A stretch of 50,324 bases of DNA from an uncultured Bacteroidales bacterium (GTDB taxonomy: Bacteria; Bacteroidota; Bacteroidia; Bacteroidales; Paludibacteraceae): positions 1 through 50,324 of the forward strand of contig CALBKY010000031.1 in assembly GCA_937896045.1 (NCBI GenBank). The letters are read 5' to 3'. The position numbers were made by a program, and so were the translations under genes. The notes beneath the pieces were generated by a model. The model made no database searches. It saw only the letters and a list, made by a program, of their open reading frames with translations, and was not told the origin of the DNA. Positions within the stretch are counted from its first letter, which is position 1. Each line of letters opens with the position of its first letter. Positions 25,194 to 35,398 of the stretch are shown piece after piece.

Positions 25194-25201
25194 TAACTTT
25201 G
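25194..25201 (+). promoter_or_regulatory. -7 promoter box TAACTTTG for the SusC/D locus
   Basis: TAnnTTTG match 69 nt upstream of the susC-like ATG. Confidence 0.55.
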
Positions 25202-25270
25202 TGGCGGAATAGGGAGGAAACGTGTTGTATATAATGTGTAAAATTTGAACAATAAACAAATCTGATATTT

Positions 25271-28200
25271 ATGAAGAGATTATTCTTTATGCTCACCTGT
25301 CTGCTGGCGGCGGTAGCGATGAACGCTACTGTCACGGTAAGGGGTGTGGTTACTTCTGCGGAGGATAAAGAGCCTGTGATAGGTGCTTCGGTCTTGGAGA
25401 AGGGTACGACCAACGGTACCATTACCGATTTCGACGGTATGTACACGCTTACCGTGCAGGATGGTGCCACGTTGGAGATTAGTTACGTGGGTATGAAAAC
25501 CCAAGAGGTGAAAGTTACCGGCACGCAGCACAATGTCGTCCTTCAGGGCGACGCCATCGCTGTCGAGGAGGTGGTTGTTACCGCCATGGGCGTTGTCCAA
25601 GAGAAGAAACGCCTTAACTTCGCCGTGCAGAACGTAGGGGCAGACGACCTTACTGACGGTAAGTCGGCGAACATATTGAACTCGCTGCAAGGTAAGGTGG
25701 CGGGTGTAAATGTGACCACGGGCGGTGGTTCGCCTAACTCTGGCAGCCAGTTGATTATCCGTGGTGTAACCTCTATATCCTCCACGCAAACCAACGAGCC
25801 GTTGGTTATCTTGGATGGTATGCCACTTACGGGCGGTTTGGGTGATATCAACCCCAACGATATTGAGTCGGTTACGGTGCTGAAAGGTGCTGCTGCGTCT
25901 GCTCTGTACGGTCAAGAGGCTGCCAATGGCGTTTTGATGGTCACTACAAAAAGTGCTTCTGCGGGAAAACTGACTGCAACGGTCAATGGCTCTTGGCAAT
26001 TTGATACACCGGCTAACCTGATAAAGACGCAGAATATGTATATGTCCGGCTCGCAGGGTTTCTACAAGGAGCAAACCAAGAACGGTTGGGGACCTGTCTT
26101 GAACCCTGTGGGTACGACCAACCCCGCAGAGACCTACGACAATGTGCGCAACTACTTCAAGGACTATGGTTTCTACCACAAGTACGATATGTCACTGTCG
26201 GGTGGTACGGACAAGTTCCAAGCACTCGCATCGGCATCATACTCCAATGCGGAGGGTATCGTGGTGAACGACTACCGCCAGAAAGTAACGGCGATGTTAA
26301 AAGGTACGTATTCACCGAATAAGTACCTGACTATGAGCCTTATGGCAAATGTGATACACAATACCTATCGTAGTGCAGGCAGCGTGAGCGGCATCTACTC
26401 ATGGCCTATCAACGATGATATCCGCAACTACGAAACCGAAACTGGCGACATCCGTTTCCTCTACTATGCGGACGAGAAAGCCGACTCTCCTATATCTCCT
26501 CTTTATTCACGCTACCGCGATGAGGGTGTGAACAAAAGCACACGTACCTTGTTGACGGGTTTCATCACGGCAAAGCCTGTAAAGGGACTTGAGATTACCG
26601 CCCGTTTGAGCATGGACCAAAACAATTACCACTACGACGGATACACAGTGCCTCGTTTCTCTGATACCAACTTGGCTCCTGAGCAGAATATCACTGACCC
26701 GTACTTGACCCAGGAACAGTTGGATAAAATTAGCAAATCGTTGTTGGGTGAATATAGTTACTCGCAGTCTGAAGGACGCCTGTTGACAGGAAACTTGCTG
26801 GCTACCTACCATTTGGACTTGCCAAAAGATTTCGGTATGGACTTTATGGTCGGTGGAGAACTGAAAGACCGCACATCCATATCTTCGTCTATGACGGGGC
26901 GTGACTTTGTCATACCCGGGGTGTATAGTATTGGAAACACCAACTATATCAACGGCACAGATGATGTCAAACTCACACACACACAACGGCGTAGTGCAGG
27001 TGTCTATGGAGAGATACGCGGCGACTATAAGGGAATTGCTTCGCTCTCTGTTACTTCGCGTTGGGACTGGTCATCTACATTAGCAATGGAGTATTGCCCG
27101 TATTGGTACCCCTCTGTAACAGGTGGTTTGATTCTCTCAGAGTTGATTCCCGGGCTGAACGAGACCAAGGATAATTGGTTCTCCTACTGGAAGATACGTG
27201 GCAACTTCGCTATGGTAGGTAAAGATGCACCGGCTTACTTGATGGACCGCCGTTTCACGCAGTACGCTACATTGCCTGATGGTGGTTATGGCGCAAATGC
27301 CAGTGCCAGTGTTGGTGCCGACATCAAACCGGAAATATCCAAGTCTTGGGAGATAGGTACGGACATCCGCTTCTTGAACAACAGGCTGCGTATGGACCTT
27401 GCATATTACAGCCAAGCCACAGAAAACCAAATCGTTACTGTGCGTGTCAGCCATGCTGCGGGCTATGTGCTCCAGACGCGCAACGAGGGTAGCGTCAAGA
27501 ACCAGGGTATGGAGTTATCGTTGGACGGCGACATCATCAAACAAAACGGTTGGTTGTGGACGATGGGTGTGAACGTAGGTTTCAACCGTGGCGTGGTGAC
27601 AGCCTTGCCTGAAGGTATGGTCGAGATACAGGGTACACAGTATGGGGACATCTTCCCGACGGCTTACCTCAATGGTAGTACCACCGCTATCTCGGGTAAA
27701 GACTATGCACGTACAGAGGATGGTAAAATCATCTGCGATGAGAACGGCTATCCTACTATCAACCCATCCAAGTCGGTACTTATTGGTAACCGCGAACCGT
27801 TGTTCTCTGCAGGTCTCAGCACAATGCTCAAGTACAAAGGTTTCTCTCTCTCATTGCAGTTCGACGGACGTGTAGGCGGTGAGGTGGTCAACGTAACTGG
27901 ACGCGGATTGTGGTCAAGTGGTATGCACTCTGCCATTCCGCAATACCGCGGACGACAAGTGGTATGGGATGGTGTAGTGGCTGCCGGTACGGATGCGGAC
28001 GGTAATACTATCTACGAGCAGAATACCAAACCGATTGTATTGGACGCAACTACGCTCACCAACTACTACTACAACGTATCGTCCAATTTCTTGGAGGATG
28101 GCTCCTACATACGTCTGCAATATGCTACAATTGCGTATGACTTTGCTCCAATGCTCAAGAACGTCAAGGGTATTGAGGGCATAAAACTCTCATTCACAGG

Positions 28201-28351
28201 CACAAACCTGTTCCTGCTCACACGCTACACGGGCTCTGACCCGCAAGTGAATGCAGATACAAGTAAAGCAGGTGTGGGTGCTGCAGGTGTGGACAACTAT
28301 CAGATACCTAACACACGCGGTTTCAATATGGCGGTGCAAGTTACATTCTAA
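25271..28351 (+). CDS. SusC/RagA-family TonB-dependent outer membrane transporter
   Basis: Signal peptide, carboxypeptidase-regulatory-like domain (VRGVVTSAEDKEPVIGASV...TDFDGMYTL), plug and barrel, and a C-terminal aromatic residue (..VQVTF). There is no N-terminal STN domain. Confidence 0.95.
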   Translation: MKRLFFMLTCLLAAVAMNATVTVRGVVTSAEDKEPVIGASVLEKGTTNGTITDFDGMYTLTVQDGATLEISYVGMKTQEVKVTGTQHNVVLQGDAIAVEEVVVTAMGVVQEKKRLNFAVQNVGADDLTDGKSANILNSLQGKVAGVNVTTGGGSPNSGSQLIIRGVTSISSTQTNEPLVILDGMPLTGGLGDINPNDIESVTVLKGAAASALYGQEAANGVLMVTTKSASAGKLTATVNGSWQFDTPANLIKTQNMYMSGSQGFYKEQTKNGWGPVLNPVGTTNPAETYDNVRNYFKDYGFYHKYDMSLSGGTDKFQALASASYSNAEGIVVNDYRQKVTAMLKGTYSPNKYLTMSLMANVIHNTYRSAGSVSGIYSWPINDDIRNYETETGDIRFLYYADEKADSPISPLYSRYRDEGVNKSTRTLLTGFITAKPVKGLEITARLSMDQNNYHYDGYTVPRFSDTNLAPEQNITDPYLTQEQLDKISKSLLGEYSYSQSEGRLLTGNLLATYHLDLPKDFGMDFMVGGELKDRTSISSSMTGRDFVIPGVYSIGNTNYINGTDDVKLTHTQRRSAGVYGEIRGDYKGIASLSVTSRWDWSSTLAMEYCPYWYPSVTGGLILSELIPGLNETKDNWFSYWKIRGNFAMVGKDAPAYLMDRRFTQYATLPDGGYGANASASVGADIKPEISKSWEIGTDIRFLNNRLRMDLAYYSQATENQIVTVRVSHAAGYVLQTRNEGSVKNQGMELSLDGDIIKQNGWLWTMGVNVGFNRGVVTALPEGMVEIQGTQYGDIFPTAYLNGSTTAISGKDYARTEDGKIICDENGYPTINPSKSVLIGNREPLFSAGLSTMLKYKGFSLSLQFDGRVGGEVVNVTGRGLWSSGMHSAIPQYRGRQVVWDGVVAAGTDADGNTIYEQNTKPIVLDATTLTNYYYNVSSNFLEDGSYIRLQYATIAYDFAPMLKNVKGIEGIKLSFTGTNLFLLTRYTGSDPQVNADTSKAGVGAAGVDNYQIPNTRGFNMAVQVTF

Positions 28352-28387
28352 ACAACTATGACAATTCATTTAATAAGGAACAATAAT

Positions 28388-30244
28388 ATGAAACGAGTTC
28401 TATATACATTGTTGAGTGCAGTAGTATTGGCTACTTCTCTCACAGGGTGCGAAGATTGGATGGATGTCAATACATCCAAAGATGCACCTGTTACCGTAAC
28501 TTGTGAAGAGGTGCTGCCCTCAGTGCTGTTCTTTGCATGCCAGGGAGTGTACGACTTTGCCGAGTATGGCACATATCTCAGCCAATGTCTTACCACAGGC
28601 GGTAAGGCGCAGACCTCTACACTCCCTTACAAGAACGGTTGGGGCGGGTTTATGGAGATGAACCGTCACCCGCAGTGGCGTCGCCACTACTACGATGTAG
28701 GTGTGAACGCACAATATCTGATTGCAGATGCCGAGGAGAAAGGAGCGCGCAACTATGTTTTGGTCACTCGGACCCTTCTGCTCAACTCACTGATGTTAAC
28801 CACTGACCTCTTTGGTGAGATGCCGCGTTCTCAGGCATACCAATCGAATAACCCTGCCTATGACACGCAAGAGGAAATCTATGCCTATATGGAGCAGGAG
28901 TTCCAAGACCTCATTGCTCTCTACAACGACCCCGAATGGATAGAGTGCCCTACCAATACGGCAATGAACGCAAAGCGCGACCGTATGTATGCAGGTGATT
29001 TGCTCAAATGGCGTGCATTCACCAAGGCTCTTTACTGCCGTTTCTTGGTACGTCAGATACCTAACTGGAACAATACCGCTGAGGTGCGCAACAAAATCAT
29101 CACGCTTGTGGACGAGGTACTCGCAGATCCCGATTGGGCAGAACCACTCTACAAGTTCGATGGCGGTGTAGCCGAGCAGAACTGCCAATGGGGACCGTCT
29201 ATGCCTAAGATGAACCTCGGTTGGGCGCAGGCACGCGAAAACTTATTGAAGTCTGCTATGCCTTCCACATTCTTCGCTAGCATACTCGGCTTCTATCCGA
29301 AAGCCACGAAGACGGCCAATTCTGTTAAGTACAACGGAGAGAAAGTGGAGTCGGGTACTATCTTTGCCCTGGACCCGCGTGCTACACGCATGATGCATTA
29401 CCGTAAAGACAATGAAGGGAAAGGAGACCCTGCTATGCGTAGTCTGCGCAACAACATAGGTATGGATGTCTCTATGAAGGAGACTTATTATCCTGATTTG
29501 TATTGCACGACCAACAAGGATTCTGTCATGAATACCTACAAATCCAATCCTTACACACGTGACGACGGCTATATTGCTTTCATCACAGAAGAGGAGTTGC
29601 TCTTCATCAAGGCTGAGGCGCAGTATTGGAGCAACAATAAAGCCGAGGCTTACAACACCACCAAGCAGGCAGTGGAACGCAGTTTCACTCGCTATGGCGT
29701 ATACGGCAACATGGGCGACCCCGACAAGGTAAATGAGGCAGGCTTGATAGATTTCTTCTTCCGTATACGTATGCCCGCGGATAATTTCACGATTGCTACA
29801 TTGATGCAGCAGAAGTATGTGGCTTTGTATCTGCAACCGGAGCAATGGTGCGATGTCCGCCGCTACAACTATAGCAGTTCCTCCAACGGCATTCAGTACG
29901 ACAATGTATATGTCTATGACATCGCCAACGTGTACAATCAAGGTAAGACGGGAACTGTGAAGGAAGACAATTTCAGCGAGACGTTCGAACTCACACGCCC
30001 TTATAATATCTACGAGGCACAATGGATGACAGACAAGGACATAGTCGGCGGCAAACTTACTGCCAATGCGTGGGTAAACCGTATATCGGCTGACCCGGAG
30101 ACCGAAGAGAAGTACAACAAAGCAGAGTTGGAACGCATCGGAGCATACAAGAATCCCGATTGGCTGCGCAAACGTATGGTTTGGCAACGTAACACCAACT
30201 CGAATGGGGCTATCACAAGCACCGGTACAGGAACGTGGATGTGA
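28388..30244 (+). CDS. SusD/RagB-family outer membrane lipoprotein
   Basis: Lipobox LTGCEDWMDVN, a helical TPR-like composition, and a position immediately after susC. Confidence 0.9.
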   Translation: MKRVLYTLLSAVVLATSLTGCEDWMDVNTSKDAPVTVTCEEVLPSVLFFACQGVYDFAEYGTYLSQCLTTGGKAQTSTLPYKNGWGGFMEMNRHPQWRRHYYDVGVNAQYLIADAEEKGARNYVLVTRTLLLNSLMLTTDLFGEMPRSQAYQSNNPAYDTQEEIYAYMEQEFQDLIALYNDPEWIECPTNTAMNAKRDRMYAGDLLKWRAFTKALYCRFLVRQIPNWNNTAEVRNKIITLVDEVLADPDWAEPLYKFDGGVAEQNCQWGPSMPKMNLGWAQARENLLKSAMPSTFFASILGFYPKATKTANSVKYNGEKVESGTIFALDPRATRMMHYRKDNEGKGDPAMRSLRNNIGMDVSMKETYYPDLYCTTNKDSVMNTYKSNPYTRDDGYIAFITEEELLFIKAEAQYWSNNKAEAYNTTKQAVERSFTRYGVYGNMGDPDKVNEAGLIDFFFRIRMPADNFTIATLMQQKYVALYLQPEQWCDVRRYNYSSSSNGIQYDNVYVYDIANVYNQGKTGTVKEDNFSETFELTRPYNIYEAQWMTDKDIVGGKLTANAWVNRISADPETEEKYNKAELERIGAYKNPDWLRKRMVWQRNTNSNGAITSTGTGTWM

Positions 30245-30276
30245 TTGTAAAACAGACTATGGCAATTTCTATGAAT

Positions 30277-31128
30277 ATGAAAGCAAGTAAGTATATAGCA
30301 ATACTGATGATAGCAACGGGCGTGATGACAGCGTGCGACAAGCACGACTCGTTGGACGACCAAGTATTTATCGGCAAGATGGCACCGCAGGTGTATTGGG
30401 AGGTACCCAGTACCACGGTATCTGCCGGCGACGATGTGGCGTTTAGTGCGCAGTATTATACCACAGGTGATAGACCTGTTTCCTATTGCGAGGTGTGGTA
30501 CAACACCATCGAGACGGAAGACAAACAAGTGTCCGCTCCGTGGGTAACATGCACCACCTACTCTATAGTGTCTTCTTCTGTCACCGAACGTATGACGGAG
30601 AGTGGCACACAGGTCAAGTATATGCACGATGAGGCAAACTGGAACGCCAAACAACGTGCTTACCAGTTCAAGGCTACGTTCCCGACTTCCTACACCAAGA
30701 GCAAGACCGAATGGAAGAACAAAGAGTGGGACTCTACATTGGTAGTGCGCTACTTCGGAGAGAACTTTATGCAGCACTTCAAGGATAGTTTGGAGACTAT
30801 CTTGAAAGCCGATTTGGATAAGTCCTACGTGGACTACAAGACTCTATATATCGCCAAGGGGGGAGATGAGCGTATCTTCATCAGCCAATATACCGATTCT
30901 GCCTTTAACGACAACACCCAAACCTACGACAAGTTCTTCAAGAACCATGAATTGCCGGCTGCTGTTGACTCACTCTATCAGGCTTGCACCTTTGGTGATT
31001 TGATTGACAGCAAAGGCGAGAAGAGCATCTCTTACAAAAAGCAGTATTCACTCAAGGCTACCCTGCGTTGTTACGATGACCAAGGCACTTATGGATTTGC
31101 ATTGTACAAAGAAATAAAACTCAACTAA
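30277..31128 (+). CDS. Surface lipoprotein, unknown function (SusE/F position)
   Basis: Lipobox VMTAC. No recognisable catalytic motif. Confidence 0.8.
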   Translation: MKASKYIAILMIATGVMTACDKHDSLDDQVFIGKMAPQVYWEVPSTTVSAGDDVAFSAQYYTTGDRPVSYCEVWYNTIETEDKQVSAPWVTCTTYSIVSSSVTERMTESGTQVKYMHDEANWNAKQRAYQFKATFPTSYTKSKTEWKNKEWDSTLVVRYFGENFMQHFKDSLETILKADLDKSYVDYKTLYIAKGGDERIFISQYTDSAFNDNTQTYDKFFKNHELPAAVDSLYQACTFGDLIDSKGEKSISYKKQYSLKATLRCYDDQGTYGFALYKEIKLN

Positions 31129-31143
31129 TACGAAACCGAGAAT

Positions 31144-32805
31144 ATGAAACGTATATCGATAGCAATAATGGCAATCCTGCCGCTCTTCTTGGCAGGGTGC
31201 AAAGACCACATCATCAAAGAGGAGACACTCCCCGAAGGGGCTATCAACTTTGCCTATGAGGTCATCAACGATACGGTTTACAATCTGGACTACTATGCAG
31301 GTTGCACGGTGCGTTTCTACCCCACGGTAGCACTTACCACCGATTGCGATTGGCAAATCAGCGACGGTCGCTCTTTCACAGGAGTGGATACGCTGGTATG
31401 CAAGTTCCCTGTGGCAGGCAACTTCACGGTTACTGCTACAGCTAATGGCGGTAAGAAGACCAATCCTATTGAGATTGCGGACATACGTCCTATTGTGCGT
31501 ATCGTACAGACCGACTCTGTTTGTGTTGTGGATAGTTCGTATATCAGTTTCGATGTCGAGTTGCCGAACCCCGACAATTTGGAGGCTGTATATCAGTGGA
31601 CATTCCCCGGTGTGAAAGACGAGGCAGGACAGGAACTCTCTGTCTTCGAGGGACAAGACCCCGGCAAGATACGGTTCACCAAGTCAGGGTCTCAACCCAT
31701 CAAACTGCAGGTTCTGCTTGGTGGACGGGCATTGGACCTCGTAACACGCAATGTGCAGGTGGCTCTCAAAGACCCCGCTCCCACATTGTATTATGCCGTC
31801 AAGGAGGGCAACATCATGGCACGTAAACTGACCTCCGTTACAGGGGCGGAACCCTACAATATGGGGGTGGCTTCGGGAGAACATCCGTTCAACCTCTTGT
31901 TTGCAGAGTCATCTCTGTATATCCTGGATGCCGGCAAGCAGTTCAACTATGTCAACGACGAGAATGGCGTATTGGGCGATGGGCAAATCACAGTCATGGC
32001 AGCGGACGCATCTACTTTTTCCACTGTCATCAGCAACGTGGGTGGTCCTGCTTTCCAAGACCCGTTCTATGGGTGCATTGATGGTGGTAAACTTTACTAT
32101 TCTGACCGCAACACGGGTATCTTCTCCATACCTCTCTCCACGCGTAATCAGGTATGGAGCAAGGATGCTTACCCGTATTTCGTACAGAACGCGCAACTTG
32201 GCTACTACAGCCGTGGACTTTCCTATGGTGCTATCACGGGCTGCTTCGGCAAGGTGGAAGGCACTTGGTATTGGGCAAAAACATTCAATGGAAACGGTAT
32301 CTGGCGTTTTGTGGATGCCGACATTCTGCCAGATGCGAACTCTTACGAGAAAGCCACTGCACCTACGGCAGGTAGCATACTCACTTCTTTCTATACGAAA
32401 GCATTTGTGTACGATGCACAACGCAAAATGTTCTACTTCTCGCTCTACGATATGGCGGCAGGCGTGTATGGGTTGCCTTACGAGAAGGTGATAGATGCCG
32501 ACTTTATGAAGTCGTTGGCTTCTGCTTCCGACTTGGCTCCTTATCAGTTGGGCGACATCGCTATCACACCGATTGTGGAAAAAGGCAAAGGCGAAGGTTC
32601 CGATGGCGAATATATCGGTATATGCCAGATGGCTGTGGATGAGGCTACGGGAGATGTCTATTTCGCATATCGTGCAGCCGATAAGACGCAAAGTGGATTG
32701 TATCGCTACGACGCGGCTTCCAAGACGTTGAGCCTTATCGCCGACACACAGGGGACAGACATCTACGGTGTCGCTATCAACCAGCAGCCTACACAGTTGT
32801 TCTAA
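31144..32805 (+). CDS. Surface lipoprotein with a PKD-like Ig domain plus a beta-propeller-like C-terminal region
   Basis: Lipobox LAGC. A PKD-like stretch (FTVTATANGGKKTNP). Recurring blade-like motifs (LYYAVKEGNI, LYILDAG, KLYYSDRNTGIF, MFYFSLYD, DVYFAYR, GLYRYD). Confidence 0.8.
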   Translation: MKRISIAIMAILPLFLAGCKDHIIKEETLPEGAINFAYEVINDTVYNLDYYAGCTVRFYPTVALTTDCDWQISDGRSFTGVDTLVCKFPVAGNFTVTATANGGKKTNPIEIADIRPIVRIVQTDSVCVVDSSYISFDVELPNPDNLEAVYQWTFPGVKDEAGQELSVFEGQDPGKIRFTKSGSQPIKLQVLLGGRALDLVTRNVQVALKDPAPTLYYAVKEGNIMARKLTSVTGAEPYNMGVASGEHPFNLLFAESSLYILDAGKQFNYVNDENGVLGDGQITVMAADASTFSTVISNVGGPAFQDPFYGCIDGGKLYYSDRNTGIFSIPLSTRNQVWSKDAYPYFVQNAQLGYYSRGLSYGAITGCFGKVEGTWYWAKTFNGNGIWRFVDADILPDANSYEKATAPTAGSILTSFYTKAFVYDAQRKMFYFSLYDMAAGVYGLPYEKVIDADFMKSLASASDLAPYQLGDIAITPIVEKGKGEGSDGEYIGICQMAVDEATGDVYFAYRAADKTQSGLYRYDAASKTLSLIADTQGTDIYGVAINQQPTQLF

Positions 32806-32824
32806 TCAACCAATATAGAATACA

Positions 32825-35371
32825 TTGAAATCGAATAGATTCATATTAATCCTTGTACTGGCGAGTGTAGTGGTCTCTTCGTGGGCTGCTACGCCTTCGC
32901 CCAAGCGCGACTTTCGTGGTGCTTGGCTCAGTACCGTATGGGCTATAGACTGGCCCAACCATCGCGGTACCACCGAAGAGGATGTCAAAAGCCAAAAGGT
33001 GGAGATGCGCACTATTCTCAACAACTACGAGAAGTGCAATATCAACGCCTGCTTCTTCCAAGTGCGTGGTATGAGCGATGCTATGTATCGGTCCAAGTAC
33101 GAGCCATGGTCGCAGTACCTCACGGGCACCCGCGGACAGGAACCTACCTACGACCCCTTGCAGTATCTCATCGACGAAGCACACGCGCGGGGTATCGAGG
33201 TGCATGCGTGGCTCAACCCGTATCGTTATGCCACTTCGGAGGATAACTACGGCACCCTACCCACCGACTACTCGGTCACGCACCCCGATTGGCTCATCAA
33301 TTGTGGCGGCATCACCATTCTCAACCCTGGCGAACCTACTGTGCGCAAGCGTATCGTGGATGTGGTATGCGACATCATCGACAACTACGATGTGGACGGC
33401 ATAGTCTTCGACGACTATTTTTATCAGGATGGCATGAAGGACGAGTACGACGACCGTCTCTATGCCCTCTACAACCCCGACTCCCTCTCGCGTGCTGACT
33501 GGCGTCGTGCACAAGTCAACCTTATGGTGGCAGAGGTCAATGCGGCTATCAAGGCACGCAAGCCTTGGTGTCGTTTTGGCATTGGTCCTGCCGGTGTAGC
33601 GGCTTCCAACAAGGCAGTGGCAGACAAGTATGGCATCACACCTTGTCCCGCAGGCAGCGATTGGCAGTACAACCAAATATATGCCGAACCCGTTCAGTGG
33701 TATGTGGAGCATAGCCTCGACTACATCACACCGCAAGTCTATTGGACCATCGGCTCTGCTAACGACTATTCCAAGATTGCCCCATGGTGGTACGTGGTTG
33801 CCAACAAGTTCGGACGTCATTGCTATATCAGCCAGTCGCTTACAGCCCTGTCTCCTACCAAGACAATGCCTGCGGGTATTTCTGAGCGTGAGCGCATCGC
33901 TGCCGAGAGCCACAATACCAATTTCTATGCCGGCGAGATAGTCAATCAGATACTCCTTGACCACGCTTCTGCCAAAGAGAACGCCCCTGGCAGTGTGTTC
34001 TGGTCCACCAATAAAATTGCTGTAACGGGTTTTATCAAGAGCGTGGTACGTGATGCCTACACTCGCAAAGCCATTGTGCCTAACCTTACATGGTTCTTGC
34101 CTGCTGAGGTACAAGGCTTGGTCTCAGACCTCTCTCGCGAGGGACAAACCCTCTCTTGGCAATATGCCACCGAAGGGCAGCGTTTCGGTATCTATGCCAT
34201 GCCGCTGAACAAGCGACACGACACCAAAGCCCTCACCACATCGCTCTATTACCAAGGTATGACCTATGGCAATTCGTTCACGTTGGCAGATTCTATCACC
34301 TCCGACTATGCAGTGTGTGTCACGGTCATCGACCGTTATGGCAACGAGTATGCCCCGCGTTTCTTGGGTGAGGACGTGCAGAATGCAGTAGCCCCGAAAC
34401 TACTATCGCCCGCCGATGGAGATAGTATTCTCCTCCCCAACTACCTGTCGTGGGAGGCAATACCGGACGCTATGGGCTATCAGGTTGAGGTGGCGTATGA
34501 TGAGGCATTCACTCGCCTCATCGCTACCGTCCCCACAGACACCAATGCTTTCCTTACGCAATCCGTTCAGGAGATAGACGGACATTCCACCTGCTATTGG
34601 CGTGTACGCGCTATGGTGCCCAATAGCCCTTCCGTTTATTCTGAGGTGCGTTCTTTCCGCGGACGGCTGTTCTCTGTAGTATATCCGCAAGATGGCGAGT
34701 CGGGAGTCCCTGTTACGCCCACTATCCGTTGGGACAATGCCATAGAGGGAGCGGAATACCACGTACAGATAGCCTCTGCCGCTACTTTTGCTGACAAGGA
34801 AATTGTCTTCTCTGCTACCACGTATGACACCCAAGTCTCCATCCCTGAGGATATCCTTACTTACGGAGCCAACTACTATGTGCGTGTGCGTATTCTCACG
34901 GGATATATTGATGTAACCTCCACCCCGAATCTCTTCACTACTGAGGAGGTCGTTATGGTGCCGCCTGCTGTGCTTACTCCGGAGGCGAACTCCACAGAGC
35001 AAGGCGACTCGGTACTGGTATCGTGGAGCAATACACCCAACAACGGTTTCCGTCTTGAGTGGGCAAACTCCTCGTCTTTCCCTAACCGCGGCAAGAAAGT
35101 CAAATCGGTGGATATGGGCAACTATCAATGCCGCATCGGCGGTCTCACCCAAGGCACATGGTACCTGCGTGTGGCTACTATCCGCATCGACAACACATGG
35201 ACAGACTACAGCGATGTCGTTTCTTTCAACTATGAGCCGGGTACTGGAGTGGACGAGGTGCATATCGACCTCTCCTCTTCACCATGCTACGACCTGCAAG
35301 GGCGATTGGTAGGAGAACCGCAATCGGGACATATCTATATCCAAAATGGCAAACTAATATACCAACAATAA
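32825..35371 (+). CDS. GHL10 (DUF187, YddW/DigH-like) glycosyl hydrolase with Ig/FN3-like domains and a T9SS-type C-terminal tag
   Basis: RDFRGAWLSTVWAIDWP...VHAWLNPYR is typical of the glycoside hydrolase-like 10 family. The C-terminus is YDLQGRLVGEPQSGHIYIQNGKLIYQQ. TTG start, with signal peptide ILILVLASVVVSSWA. Confidence 0.8.
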   Translation: MKSNRFILILVLASVVVSSWAATPSPKRDFRGAWLSTVWAIDWPNHRGTTEEDVKSQKVEMRTILNNYEKCNINACFFQVRGMSDAMYRSKYEPWSQYLTGTRGQEPTYDPLQYLIDEAHARGIEVHAWLNPYRYATSEDNYGTLPTDYSVTHPDWLINCGGITILNPGEPTVRKRIVDVVCDIIDNYDVDGIVFDDYFYQDGMKDEYDDRLYALYNPDSLSRADWRRAQVNLMVAEVNAAIKARKPWCRFGIGPAGVAASNKAVADKYGITPCPAGSDWQYNQIYAEPVQWYVEHSLDYITPQVYWTIGSANDYSKIAPWWYVVANKFGRHCYISQSLTALSPTKTMPAGISERERIAAESHNTNFYAGEIVNQILLDHASAKENAPGSVFWSTNKIAVTGFIKSVVRDAYTRKAIVPNLTWFLPAEVQGLVSDLSREGQTLSWQYATEGQRFGIYAMPLNKRHDTKALTTSLYYQGMTYGNSFTLADSITSDYAVCVTVIDRYGNEYAPRFLGEDVQNAVAPKLLSPADGDSILLPNYLSWEAIPDAMGYQVEVAYDEAFTRLIATVPTDTNAFLTQSVQEIDGHSTCYWRVRAMVPNSPSVYSEVRSFRGRLFSVVYPQDGESGVPVTPTIRWDNAIEGAEYHVQIASAATFADKEIVFSATTYDTQVSIPEDILTYGANYYVRVRILTGYIDVTSTPNLFTTEEVVMVPPAVLTPEANSTEQGDSVLVSWSNTPNNGFRLEWANSSSFPNRGKKVKSVDMGNYQCRIGGLTQGTWYLRVATIRIDNTWTDYSDVVSFNYEPGTGVDEVHIDLSSSPCYDLQGRLVGEPQSGHIYIQNGKLIYQQ

Positions 35372-35398
35372 ATTTAACCAATTAAAAACAAACAACTT

